From contig NC_134035.1 in NCBI RefSeq assembly GCF_964204645.1, positions 5,828,001 through 5,892,000 of the forward strand: 64,000 bases of DNA. Reading direction: 5' to 3'. Both the position numbers and the translations under genes were made by a program. How positions within the stretch are numbered: position 1 is the stretch's first letter; the number at the start of each line of letters is the position of its first letter. Origin of the DNA: Tubulanus polymorphus (lineage: Eukaryota; Animalia; Nemertea). Below the pieces are notes generated by a model. The model saw nothing but the letters and a program-made list of their open reading frames with translations, was not told the DNA's origin and did not search any database. Shown here one piece after another: positions 1 to 12,988 of this stretch.

Positions 1-687
1 CAATTCGACTTCCATTGTGGGATTGGTCTTGCTTTTGATTTACTAACTCATATTTGTAATTGGCCTGCTGCAGTTCAGTGTTGAATAAAGCGATTGTACA
101 CTGCACCATATGATTAAAAGAAGAGTTGTTTCATTATTTTGATGGGTATTTCTGCTAATGTTTTATCCAATTATCGATTCTTGTGCGAAAACTGCTCAGA
201 GACATTGGAGCAATAGAATGATCATTTTCATCATTATCAATCGGGCAAACCTATGGCGAAGATTAAAACGCACCTCTCAGAGGAAGGTATATATCGCTTG
301 GAATTATATCCTTATTATTGCATATGCAATAGACTATTGCATTATACGATTTAAGGTAAGGGTTAGGTTGGATTAAGGTCAGGCATAGGTTTTTAAAGTC
401 AGGATTTAGTTCTAGTTTTTAGTGCGAGTTAACTCTGAGTTAAAGGTAGGTCATTTTCAGTGGGTTAGCTCCGAATCGAATCTTCACTCTGAACTATGGA
501 ACTTGTTCCAGAGTGTTACTATAGGTTGAAACTAATACGCCATACCTTTCACAAGGAGTAATGATGTGCATGACCGAAACTGTGTGTGCGTAGTAACTTT
601 GGAGCTTTTCAATGAATCTCATTTATTTATTAGAAATTAAAGATATATTTCTAAACAATTAATAAATCAGATAAAGTTTCTATCGAT

Positions 688-3600
688 TCAAACGGTTCCA
701 TTTAGTAAAGATTCATCGACAGTCGGGTGTTTTGTCGATTTGTTTTTAGGACGGTCGATATCACTGATAGTTTGAGGCATCGGTACACCTCTAGTTTCCG
801 GTAACGGTAACAACAGTAAAGCGGTAACCAGTCCAATACATCCGAGAATCACGCCCGGTAACCAAGATATAAATTGAGCCTGAAACAATTCAATATTGTA
901 ATGTTGAAATGTTTAACAAGTGGCAGGATTGAAAATGTACCGAGATAAAAACCTACCAAATAAGCGGCGAATGGTGCTGTCATCGAACCTACTCGGGAAA
1001 ACGCCGATGTGATTCCGATCGCACGATTTCTGTAAAAGAAAAAGACAAGAAGATTGCGAAATACTGAACTCTATCTAAATCCATATGTACAACCACACTT
1101 GTATACCTGAAGTTAGTCGGGTAAAGTTCGCTGGTATGGATGTACGTTACAGCGAACGCTACGGCACAGCAGCACCGGCCCAACGCATTCAACGTGACGA
1201 TCAAAGGAACGAGGTTCGTCTCTCCTACAAAAAGAAATATCACGAAATAGATAGAGGCTGCATAGAATTGATACCCGACTCCTCATTTCGGCTGAGTCTA
1301 AAAGTTGACCCACTTATCTACTCTGTACATCACTTAAAAACATGATCAAGCTAGCAGACAGCTATAGAAATGAACCGATTACAACATTTTCAACGCGGTT
1401 TACAAATTGATCCGGTCGATTATGAGAAACAACGTATCACTTAACTTTAGCCGTTTAGGTACTCATCATGTACTTCAGGGGCCGGTTCCTCAGTTGAGAC
1501 TTAAGTCGAAAAATGGTCTTAGATTTAAAGACTGGTCTTAAGTTGTTAGATCGTTTGTAGAATTAAGATGGTCTTAAATTGGTCTTAAGTCTAACCCATG
1601 ACTATGGAACTGGGCCCAGGGGCCGGTTGCATAGTCGGCTTACTTAAGACCAGTCTAAGACCAACTTAGTTCTATTGCCAATCTAACAACTTACGACCAG
1701 TCTTAAGATTTAAGACCACTTTTGGACTTAGGTCACGTCTGTGCAACTGGCCCCAGAAGTTAAGAAGTATATGTGTATATGAGCTTACCGACACTGTTTG
1801 GACAGAACGTAACGACCATCAACGCAAGCCCGTTTAAAGTGTAAAGTGATATAAGAAAAACCCGTCTTCCAACACTGAAATACGTATAGTCACCACATAA
1901 ATGATTTGACGAACATTTTATACCGACTTATTCTCGGTGACTTAAACTTACTACTGTAGCACGAAGTGCATCACAATATAACTCGGTAATTCAATAGCTG
2001 TGCCTAGGAAATAATTAGCAAATCGACCTCCTGCCATAACCGTCGTGCTCATTGTTAACCCGTAATACGATAAACTCGTAAAAGACCTAGAAAAAAAAAC
2101 AGAGAACGATCTTTAAAAACAAACCACGGTCACCCATTGAGGCCGAAGTGGGCTAAATTCAATGCGTAGGCTTACCATATGATAGATTCTAGTATCGTGT
2201 ATAGACGCAGTTTTGGATGTTTGAGAATCTTGAGAATTCCAATCGTTTCATTATTGAAATCTTCATTACCCTTAGAACAGCCAACCATATTTCTAAACGC
2301 CAATCTGATCTTGTCCCTAGCCGAATAGACGCCTGAAAATAACGATAGGACGTGAGAGTGCTAATATGAATTTTTTGTCGAACGATATGATGTGTGAGCA
2401 AACTTGAGATTTATCTATTTATTTTAGATATTCCATTTATGAATAAAAAAGCCTTATTTCTCACCTTGTTTAGTGGATTCTGTGGTTTTTCTTATGGCAG
2501 AAATGACGGCTGGTGAAAGCGAACGTTGGTTAAATTTCGCGGCCTTTCTCAAAATTCTGATCGCCTCTTCTGATCTAGAATTAGCGACGAGCCACGCCAC
2601 AGATTCATCGTAAAACCTACCGATAAACACGTAATATCAAAGAAGCAGGGACTATTTTTCTGGCAATACGTTTCATTAGCATACCAGATTCCTATAATCG
2701 GGACGGAATAGACGATTCCGGTTATGATTTGCATGTATCTCCAGTCGGTGAAGAAGTATCCGCAAACTCCGGTTAAGATCAGTCCGACTGTCCAACTGAT
2801 CATGTGAAATGCGTTGGCAAACGAACGCTGATCAGTCGGAAACCATTCACACGCCAAAACAAAACCGCATAGAAATGCACCCTGTGAATAATGATAATAA
2901 TAATAATTTAATTGATAACAGTAATATTTCATCAACGATTGTAAACGCAGGACCCGGCCCGTAGGCAGGATTTAGAGAGCGGGGGTTATTTGATATAAAA
3001 GGGCGCTTTCTGGTACCGTCTTATGCATGAAAACTGCCCTTTTGCGTCAATGAAGGTTCCCTTTTTGTGGAAAGGGTGCCCTCTAATATGCCCTTTTTGT
3101 GAACGAGGTGCCCTGTGTCTATGTGAAAGTGCCATTTCGTGGAAAGTGTGCCCAAGGTAAAGAAGTAAAGAGGTTTGAATCAAATAAGTACATCTCAGAA
3201 AACTGGCACTATCAGCCAAATCAAATGGGGAGTTACCAGTAACCCCCTCTCAATACGGGCCTGAGGACGACTTGAATAGTTAAAAGAAACGACCTTTAAT
3301 GTCCAGTCGCCCAATAGAATTAAGAAAACTAACAGAAGGTTAGCGGTACACACACTTTCTATACCATTTTGAATTTCTATACCAGCTTTGAGAAGGATTA
3401 GAACGGTGCACGAATTTCTTCAGAATTTACTCAATGTTTATAATCGAGTTGTATAGTTACCAGGTTAAACATCCCGCTAAAAAATCTCATGATCGCGAAG
3501 AATGTTTGATTGATGAAAATAGCCGGTAGGAACATCGTCACGGCGCATAATAACGAACAGACTATAAGCGGCTTCTTCCTTCCAAAATAATCCGACCAAG

Positions 3601-5866
3601 GGGGCACCACTATACTTCCGGCCATAAAGCCCCCGAAATGTACCGCTATCATCAGAGCATTCATGTGACTGGATTCGCAAACCCACGAAAACTGAAAAAG
3701 TTCTAAAAAGCGTTAAGGATAATTATGATTATATAATTTCGAATTCACAAACACAAAAACTAAGCGTTTGCAATATTGTATTAAATTCATATATCAGCGT
3801 ATCTTTTTTACACCTAAATACGATAAGACTATAAAATCATTTATCATTTCTATATAGCTGCTTACCGTTTACAGTTCTAACTCATTTGTTCCAAGCATGA
3901 AAAGTGATTTCGAGCCCAGATACTATGAGAAATATATGAGCCACCTATGTATACAATAACTATACATAATAGAAAAAAATCCAATGTAAATATGACTTCT
4001 GTTATGGTTATGGTTATTTTCATTAATTCGAATGGTTATTTTCGGTTGTGTCATGCCGAAATTCTGTAGCAATTGAAAATTGCCCGAAAAAATTCGTTTA
4101 TACTACGAAAAACGAAGAAAATTCTCCAAAAAAGTCACTTCTCAAAGAGAACATAGATTCGCAGAAACAGCTCGCACAAAAAGATGATTTACATCCAAAA
4201 ACGCTCAGAAATTTCTGGTATCTTCAAGAACTGACCTGTTGTGTAAGAGTATAGTAACCCTGTGACTGATAAGAGTAACCGTTTTGACAGACGACTGTGG
4301 TATTATCTATAATTGACTTGAATTGTCGACACTGATCGAGTTTAATTTCTCCATCCTCACTAGTTGTATACGGTATCGACTGGTTCACTGTTTGATTCAC
4401 CGTAGACAGTTTGCAATGATGTTCCGGAATCCAACCTGAATGATTCATACAAAATGTTATCGTTCACTCAATTAGATTCATCTAATTAGATTCCTATTAG
4501 GGGTATTTTCTATGGTGGTTGATTCGATAAAAAAAAGTTCAATGCTCAATCCTAACTATTTTTTTCTAGACGAGAACACCAGATCCCGGTTTTATAGACT
4601 GGTACTATCTTTTACCCGGGGGCTAATTCAATTCATTATCGATTGAGTTAGCCTTGGGTTAAATAGAGGGTACCAGTCTATAAAACTGACCCGAGATTTA
4701 AACCGATTTTCCGTTTTAATGCCGCTTAAATTACCAATCTTTTATTTCATCGCGTAAAATCCTCTTTTTAACGCCGTCTTTGCCGTTACACGTTAAAACA
4801 TGTTCAGATGGAAGCTTGTTTTTCAACAAAGCGTTATCTAAAATACATCAGTAACAACAAATATTCTGTTTATAAGATAATGTATGATATTCTTTTATCT
4901 TCAACGACCCGAGTTCTGACCACTAGATAAAAGTCATTCCAAATGATTTATCATCGATCTCGAACTTCAGCCTTCTGATCTGCGGTGGAAAGTGCCTAGA
5001 CGTTGTTATTGTTATAATGTGCGTTATAAGATAGTCTTGTGCATCGCGTCCTTGAAAGGTGAGCCTCATGGCTCTTACTACGAACTCGGCGCGCTATTTT
5101 TACGCCGATTTCCTCAAATAATACTAACTGCAAGTTTAACGATCTTACTGACCTTCACCCAAAGAAATTCGGAGTATTTTCCCCATCGGCACTTTATGAG
5201 CACAAAAAAAATTTCAAACTCGCAAAACAACTCGCTTCTCCTATATAAGATATAGGCTTGTATATTGTTTAGTCGACGTCGTTCGCATAGACACAGACTC
5301 GTAAAATATATGCAATGAAATGATTTGCTGATCATCCATCAACTTTACTCTTATCTAAATATGCTACCGGTGTCTGAATAAACGACGACCTAGAAATTTA
5401 TTGCATGATGTTCTATATACCAACACACGCAGGCCCTAGATGTAGAATCTAAGAAAAAATGCCTGAGATACCTCAGCGGGTAGTGCGCTACGGTATACTC
5501 TAATACCGCGATGCATGTATCATGTTACGGGTGTAATAAAAAAGGAAACAGCAGAACAAAATGAACGGGAGAAAAGTTAATGATTTGTGAAATATCAATC
5601 GATAGAAATAATGTATCAATCTCACTCTGATGATGGAAGCACTAGAACCACAGTGTTCAATGACTATAGCGTTATTTCACTTATAGTTGAATTATCTAAA
5701 AGAATGAAATTGTGAATCTAAAATTTCGATGATGAAAATTACCTTGAAATACTAGACCGACCAAACCGAACGCCGACGCTAAAGAGACGATTTCGATCAG
5801 AAACAATTGGTAAATCTGATATCTGCCGTATCGTCCCAGCTCCTTCAGAGCGGCCTCCACCTCCAT
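688..5866 (-). CDS. SLC22/organic cation transporter-like MFS protein, paralog A (11 coding exons, apparently intact)
   Basis: Spliced by eye: MEVEAALKELGRYGRYQ (5866-5743), loop exon WIPEHHCK...LDQC, WVCE...SDYFGRK, EWFPTDQR, ESVAWL, YYGL, ELYPTNFR, LPETRG (last exon 879-688). GT-AG junctions keep the frame. Confidence 0.9.
1479..1753. mobile_element. Two adjacent, oppositely oriented MITEs (1479-1616 and 1620-1753) with GGGCCGGTT TIRs and CAG TSDs; PIF/Harbinger-like
   Basis: Layout is cag|gggccggtt...aactgggcc|cag|gggccggtt...aactggccc|cag. Internal ggtcttaa repeats of copy 1 appear as ttaagacc in copy 2. Confidence 0.75.
2954..3263. mobile_element. MITE with (CAG)GCCCGTA TIRs and a 5-bp TSD (AGGAC)
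   Basis: aggac|ccggcccgta...tacgggcctg|aggac, with internal tgccct/agggtg repeats. Confidence 0.7.
4583..4692. mobile_element. Short MITE (cccggttttatagactggta...taccagtctataaaactg) in intron 1 of paralog A
   Basis: Long TIRs. The homologous intron of paralog C (about 19725-19750) is an empty site. Related copies at 49292-49384, about 41570-41740 and about 63061-63213. Confidence 0.7.
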
Positions 5867-6519
5867 CGTGCTTCGCAGTATAACTAACAACTGGTGACCT
5901 CTCGCCGACTCGTCTAATGCGTCTATCGGAACAACGCATTTAGGCTAAGTACACCGCAAACCAAGCATTATCATTAATTAGTTTCTTTCTAAACATCCAG
6001 CTGTTGTTATCAAAGATGAGGATTAATGTATAGTTATGATATTTCTTCTTACTAGATTTTCCTGCAAATTGTAATCTCAGTGTCGACTTGACACGTTACT
6101 CTTTGAAAAACGAATGAGTTGATAAGATAATTAATCTATAATAATTCGGTTGGCGAATGAGTGTATTCGGATTTAGAATTTACGGATGGCTAAGATAAGT
6201 TGCAGTTATAAATTTTTCTAAAGAAAAGCGCGATTTCAGATCTTTCATAAAACATCCAACTGGTCAGGACTAGTAGTTGTCAAAAGAACTTAAAAAATAA
6301 AAACCCATAAACTTGCTGGGCGTGTTTGAAAATAGATTGGGGATCTGGCGTCTGCTGAAATTACTGTAAGTGGTGCACACATTTCCATGAATGCGGCATT
6401 TTTTATTGAAATATAGAAAAAATTATCAATCAGGGAAAACACTGCGCTTGTTTCTCCTCTCATCAACTCTTGTTATTTTCATTACGCGATGCATGATGTA
6501 TATAGCGAGTGACGTACTT

Positions 6520-8070
6520 GTAAGGCTTTGTGGCATAAGATGATCAATAGTGGTGTTACGGGCAAAGTTCTAAATGTAATATATAGCATGTACCAGGGCA
6601 TCAAGTCATGTGTATTTTCTAATGATAGTAAAACAGATGCCTTTGAAAGTTTTATGGGTGTCAGACAGGGAGAAAATGTGTCCCCCGTGCTCTTTTCAAT
6701 ATTTTTAAATGATCTGGCTATTAAGATGCTCAAAATTTCCCTCCATAAATCTGCGCATGCGTAATGATGCATGGGTCAAATTGATGATCCTTATGTACGC
6801 AGACGATACAGTACTTATGAGCGAGAGTCCACAGGGTCTTCAGAAATTGATTGACAACTTGCATGTTTATTGTAAAGATTGGAAGTTACAAATAAATTGC
6901 GAAAAAACAAAAGTAATGATATTCTCGAAACGAAGACTCCGAAACCCTCCGGAGTTTAATATAAACGGTCGAGTGTTGGAGTTAGTATATAACTATAAGT
7001 ATTTGGGTATACTATTCTCCCATACCGGGTCTTTTGCTCAGTGCCGAAAAGCGTTAGCAAACCAAGCGCAGCGGGCTATGTTCTCTGTTTTAAAAAAGGT
7101 TAGCGAATATTCACTCGACGTTGATGTTAGCTTAAAGTTATATGATAGCATGGTATTACCAATTCTATTATTTGGATGTGAAATTTGGGGTTACGAAAAT
7201 CTCCGAGTTCTTGAGTGCGTGTAGCTTAAATTTTTTAAATATTTACTCAAGTTAAAGAAATCTACTAATAGCTCATTTGTCTATGGAGAACTTGGTCGTT
7301 TTCCTCTCGAAGTTTACGTGCAGCTTAGAATCGTAAATTTTTGGGCAAAATTAATAACTGATGATAAATTATCGTCGAAGGTTTACAGTTGTGTTTATAA
7401 TAGCTATATTGATGGTCAAGCTTACTCTTGGATGGATTCTGTGAAGAACATTTTGCTCCGAAATGGGCTCGGATATATTTGGGAAAATCAAAATATTCCA
7501 AACGTGAATTACTTGAGTCTGATTCTTAAACAGAGATTGCAGGATCAGTTTATGCAAGTCTGGCATGCAAAACTTACTGATTCCACTATGGCTATTACGT
7601 ATTTAACAATCAAATGCCGTTTCGAAATGGAAAAGTATCTAGCTCAATTATCTCCTAGGGACCGGTTAACTTTATGTAGATTTAGATGCTCAGCTCACAG
7701 GCTACCGGTGGAAGTTGGGCGGTGGCGTGGAATTGCCCGTGCCAATAGGCTGTGCCAAAAGTGTGATTTAGTGGCGGTGGGGATGAATATCACTTTTTAC
7801 TCGTCTGCCCGTACTTCCAGGAATCTAAAGCTAGATACATCCCGGAGCGTTATTGGAGATTCCCCAATAACGTAAAGTTGTATGATTTTTTCAACTCAAA
7901 TTGCCAAACCCTTAAAAAACTGGCGTTGTATATACGCAAATGTTTAATACATTTCTAATGTTAAATGTTGCAATGTCTATTGTAAATTAATTTTGTGCTC
8001 TGTGCAATTGTATAATTGTGGAGTAAATAAACTAAATTGTAATTGTAAATTGTAATTGTAATGTATTGTG
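6520..8070 (+). mobile_element. 5'-truncated, decayed non-LTR retrotransposon (LINE ORF2: RT C-terminal half plus CCHC knuckle; RTE-X-like by inference)
   Basis: GVRQGENVSPVLF, YADD, YKYLG, FRCSAHRLPVEVGRW...CQKC...DEYHFLLVC. Frameshift near 6720-6760, in-frame stop at 7222-7224, frameshift near 7780, and an (AATTGT)n tail at about 8035-8067. Confidence 0.9.
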
Positions 8071-8108
8071 GTGGCTGATAGGGCCACATGCAACACGTTT
8101 TACATGAC

Positions 8109-8297
8109 TTTATAGCGCAAAAACGAACTTTTCGTTTTTGGGCCCTAGCAAAAACGAATTCTACCGCGCAAAAACGAAATATTATGATATAGCAAAAACA
8201 AAATTGCTCCATGATTTTTCGTTATTGCTAGGGCGCAGAAACGAAAAATCATGGATCAATTATAAAGCAAAAACGAAAGTTCGTTTTTGCTCTATAA
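8109..8297. mobile_element. Palindromic MITE-like element with internal GCAAAAACGAA repeats
   Basis: ttatagcgcaaaaacgaacttttcgtttt...aaaaacgaaagttcgtttttgctctataa, with inverted ends of about 30 bp. Confidence 0.65.
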
Positions 8298-9774
8298 TTT
8301 TCTGTTTACGTATTTCTATAATCGAGGTCGTGTCTACGCTTGTGCATAGTGAATTGACGAGTAATTATATACAAGTTCAGTCCAGTCAATGATTTACTGG
8401 ACTAGACTTGTACGTATATAATTACTTGTGTTGATTTTCCCGATAGGAGGTGTGTATGCATTACAATCCACTTTCATTTCTCCGATGATGTGTCAAAACT
8501 TCGAAACTGTCAGAATAGATTGTTAAATCACTGTGGGTTTTGCTCATTAACTCTCGAATGCTGAGATCAACAGTTCGCCAGTTACTACAACCGTATAATT
8601 GGCGTTTGGCGTTACAATCAAGCTTTTAGGTACATGCATTAGCCGTCAGTCGAATGCCTTATGTACGATTTTATCTCAGATATGAATATAAAACCTGTGG
8701 TCGACTGGAATGAACTCATTGAATGAACCTATACCTGTGTTTGTTTGCGAAAATTTTGAAATTCTAAGATAATTTCATGGCATTTAGAGGCTTTTTGAGA
8801 TTAGTAGGTGGTGAAAAGTATCGTCGGCAAATATGGTCGGCAAAATTTCGAAGGCCACTCGAAATTTATTCCGCAGTATGGGCTATGTGCCCTGAATCCG
8901 CCCTGTTGGACTTAAAAATGAAAACACGTAGCCGATGTATATAAGGTTTCAAGGCCGCATGACCTTTCTTATCGTCGAGATGCGGCATTTTAGATCATAA
9001 CACATTTTCCATCATAGTATCACCTTGCAGCTACTTCCCAATATCATCATTAATATCAACGACGGCTGGAGGAGCCCCGTAGTAAATGTAGGCATTTTGG
9101 TGTAAATCCATTATTTTGTTCAAATATATTTTGTTGCCATGACATGGTCTGCGGGTATATACAGGGAGTTACAACGTTTCACGTGTTACCATTTTATAGT
9201 GGAATAACGCACACATGTGCCATTTACAATAAAGACATTGAAATACATGTACGTATACTGCTGAATGAAAGAAGCGTGAAAATGTCCTCTTGGTTTTAAC
9301 GGATTCGTACACGTTTCACGTCACTCGGAAACTCGACTAAACGCGTGCAGTGTCCCTTTTTAGTACATACATGTTCAATTCAAGTCTCAACGAAGTTAGG
9401 TAAGTGAACTTTTGACAGTTCACCGAGAAAAACTCGTTTTTTCTTTGTTTGAACCAATTTCTCGGTCATATATCATAAGTATTGTCGTATTATTTGCATT
9501 GTGGGGAAAACTTTCATTTCGTCAACATCAACAACTGTAGTGAACCTATTTCCTTGACATCTCACTGCCGGCCTAATACCAAAACCCTACGCTGCGTAAG
9601 TTTTAATAGTGAGCTCAAACATTGTGATTATACATCGAGATTTAAGAATTTCGTTTGTTTCCGCAGGTACGAGTGTACCCTACGATTCAATAGCGGTTTT
9701 ATCTACCGATCGGAACGTGTTAAGCTTTACCAGAAAAATAGCGGTTCGCGCCAGTACAGTTTGTTTGCAGCACG

Positions 9775-12553
9775 ATGGAAGTTGAAACCGCTTTGACGGA
9801 TTTAGGGAGATACGGAAGATATCAGATATTTCAGTTGTTTATGGTTGAAATAGTGACTTTGGCGTCAGCACTTCCCACGCTCGGTCCTATATTTCAAGGT
9901 AATGCTATTTCTTCATCATTTCAATAGATATTCGTTTCTTCTTAATTTCAAGTTTTTCATAACTCGACCCCCATAGCACAATACAGTGCATTTACACCTG
10001 ACGATGATCTCTACGGTGAGCTCGGAACTTCGTGCTTTCTGATATATTTTTTGATTCAATGAATTATTGATTTTTAACATTTTTAATCCGTAAATAATGA
10101 GTTTTTTTAAACCCATCACTAATTTATCATTTGAATATATGATGTAAAAACAATGGCAGACAAATCAAGATAAATAATGATAGCATGATAGAAAAATACG
10201 TAATGGATGCCATATTTTCAAATTCAGCATGGATTCCGGAACATCATTGTAAACTGTCTACGGTGAATCAAACAGTGAACCAGTCGATACCGTATACAAC
10301 TAGTGAGGATGGAGAAATTAAACTCGATCAGTGTCGACAATTCAAGTCAATTACAGATAATACCACAGTCGTCTGTCAAAACGGTTACTATTACCGGTCA
10401 CATGGTTATTACACTCTTACCGAACAGGTCAGTCAGTCAGTCTGCAGAAATCCCTATGATCTAATAAAATCACCAGAAAAATTGATGATTTTATGATTTT
10501 ATCTATTTTCAGTTTTCGTGGGTTTGTGAATCAAGTCACATGAACGCTTTGATGATGACGATATTTTTTGGCGGGTTTATGACCGGGAGCATAGTGGTGC
10601 CGCCTTGGTCAGATTATTTCGGGCGGAAGAAGCCGCTTATAGTCTGTTCGGTATTGTGCGCTGTATCGCTGATTTTGCCCGTTATTTTCGTCGATCAAAC
10701 ATTCTTTGCGATCATGAGGTTTTTTGCTGGTCTTTTCTCTCTGGTAATTTATTGGTGGAATGAATGAATTTATTTATGCCGAATCTAGAAATGGCAACAG
10801 CTTTCAAGTTATTCTCGTAAATCTCTTGTAGAGTGCTTCACTGTGTAGCTATTGTTTGGTTTGTGAGTGGTTCCCAACCGACCAGCGTTCGTTCGCTAAC
10901 GCATTTCACATGCTCGCCTGGTCGACAGGAATGGTTGTTACTGGAATTTGCGGCTACTTTTTCACTCAATGGAAATATATGCTCATTTTCAGTGGTTTGC
11001 TCTATTGCGTCCCGATTATAGGAATCTGGTAATTAGATAGAAAATGAGTTGTAATGGATTTATAAAAAAGACCCTAAAGACGTTTCTAAAATATGAGTGT
11101 GTTTTTTGTAATTAGGTTTTACGATGAATCTGTAGCGTGGCTCGTCGCTAATTCCAGAACCGAAGAAGCGATCAGAATTTTGAGAAAGGCAGCGAAATTT
11201 AACAAACGCTCGCTTTCACCAGCCACCATTTCTGCCATTAGAAAAACCACAGAATCCACTAAACCAGGTGAGCTATGAACTCTCAAGATTTCATTAAGTA
11301 AAATGTAAAATCATTCATAATTCTATCGGTAATTATTTATATATCAAATTCAGATAAAAGCTCGGTTGTGGATAGAGTCAAGCTAGTGTTTGAAAATATG
11401 GTCGGCTGTTCTAAGGGAAGTGAAGATTCGGATAACGAAACGATTGGAATTTTACAGATTCTCAAACATCCAAAACTGCGTCTATACACGATACTTGAAG
11501 CTATTATCTGGTACGTATTATACCTGTATATAATATTAAGTGTGGGCAAATGTTTTGATTTTGAAATCTTAAACCTTTTCCCGTTTTCTAGGTGTTTTAC
11601 AAGTCTCACTTATTACGGGTTGACACTCAGTACGACAGTAATGGCTGGAGGTCGATTTGCTAATTATTTTCTGAGCGCTGCTATTGAGTTACCGAGTTAC
11701 CTTGCGATGCATTTACTACTCTTATAGTGAGTTTTATTCAAAAGCCAAAATTGAAAAAGTCCTTTTCGCAACATATCAAAATAAATCAGATGAAATATGA
11801 ACGATATTTTTCAGTATTGGAAGACGAGTATCGTTGATGTTGCTTTATGCTTTGACCGGTCTAGTTTTGATAGCTGTGACGTTCTGTCCTATGAATGCCG
11901 GTTTGTATTTACATGTATATCTGTATGTTTCCCGAGAATATCTCATCATAAAACGTCTCTGAATCTTGAGTTATTTATATCTATCTCTAGGAGGGACGAA
12001 TTTGGTTCCGTTAATTATGACGTTTAATACTTTTGGAAAATTCTGCTGCGCCGCGGCTTTTGGTATCATTTACATCCATACCAGTGAACTTTACCCGACT
12101 AACTTCAGGTACTAGTGTCAGCAAATTGTATATGTTTTTTAGTTTTTTGTTCATAAAAGTTGGGAATAAATTAGCGATATTTTTCTAATATTTAATAGAA
12201 ACCGTGCGGTAGGTATAGCATCGGCGTTTTCCCGAGTAGGTTCGATGACAGCACCATTCGCCGCTTATTTGGTAGGTTTTTATTTCGTGCATTTTCAATC
12301 CTGCCACTTGTTTGACATTAACATTACGATCGAATTGTTTCAGGCTCAATTTATATCTTGGTTACCGGGCGTGATTTTCGGGTGTATTGGACTGGTTACC
12401 GCTTTACTGATGTTACCCTTACCGGAAACTAGAGGTGTGCCGATGCCTCAAACTATCAGCGATATCGACCACAACAACTTGATAAAACCGACTTTCGATG
12501 AAGAGCAACTTAAACCAATCGTTGATCAAATTAAATCGGAAGTTACCCTATGA
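9775..12553 (+). CDS. SLC22/organic cation transporter-like protein, paralog B (11 coding exons)
   Basis: MEVETALTDLGRYGRYQ at 9775. Same exon structure and motifs as paralog A (WIPEHHCK, SDYFGRK, EWFPTDQR, ELYPTNFR, LPETRG). Stop at 12551-12553. Confidence 0.9.
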
Positions 12554-12988
12554 ATTGCATGCTCTTAGTTCATATTTCTATGCTCAGATAAGATAATAAA
12601 TTATACATTTATACACATATATCGTTTTACTTTTTCATTGCAACGTCTTAATGTAGCATGGGTTTTGAAGACTAATCCGATCTGTTGGCCATTGTGGAAC
12701 ATAGATTTTAATTGAATATTTGTTGTTGTGTAAAAAGTATATTTTGAATTTTTTTTACGCAAACTATCTGAGATTCTTTCTTTCTAGAAGTTTTTTTCGG
12801 ATTCAGTGATTTAGTGTCTTCAAATAGTTGTGAAAAACCGAGTTCCTTGCTTTGTAGTGATTTTTGCGAGTGATACAAAAAGTGTAATAAGTCGAAATTA
12901 TCATTTCATAAAAATTTCCATCGCGATTTGGTCATTTCCAACAAAAAAAAAAACAATACTTATTTTCTCCCATTTCTAACGCACGTTT

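Noticed and set aside
340-500. Telomere-like ttaggg-rich stretch
   Set aside because: Too short and degenerate. It resembles internal motifs of small DNA-transposon remnants found elsewhere in the window.
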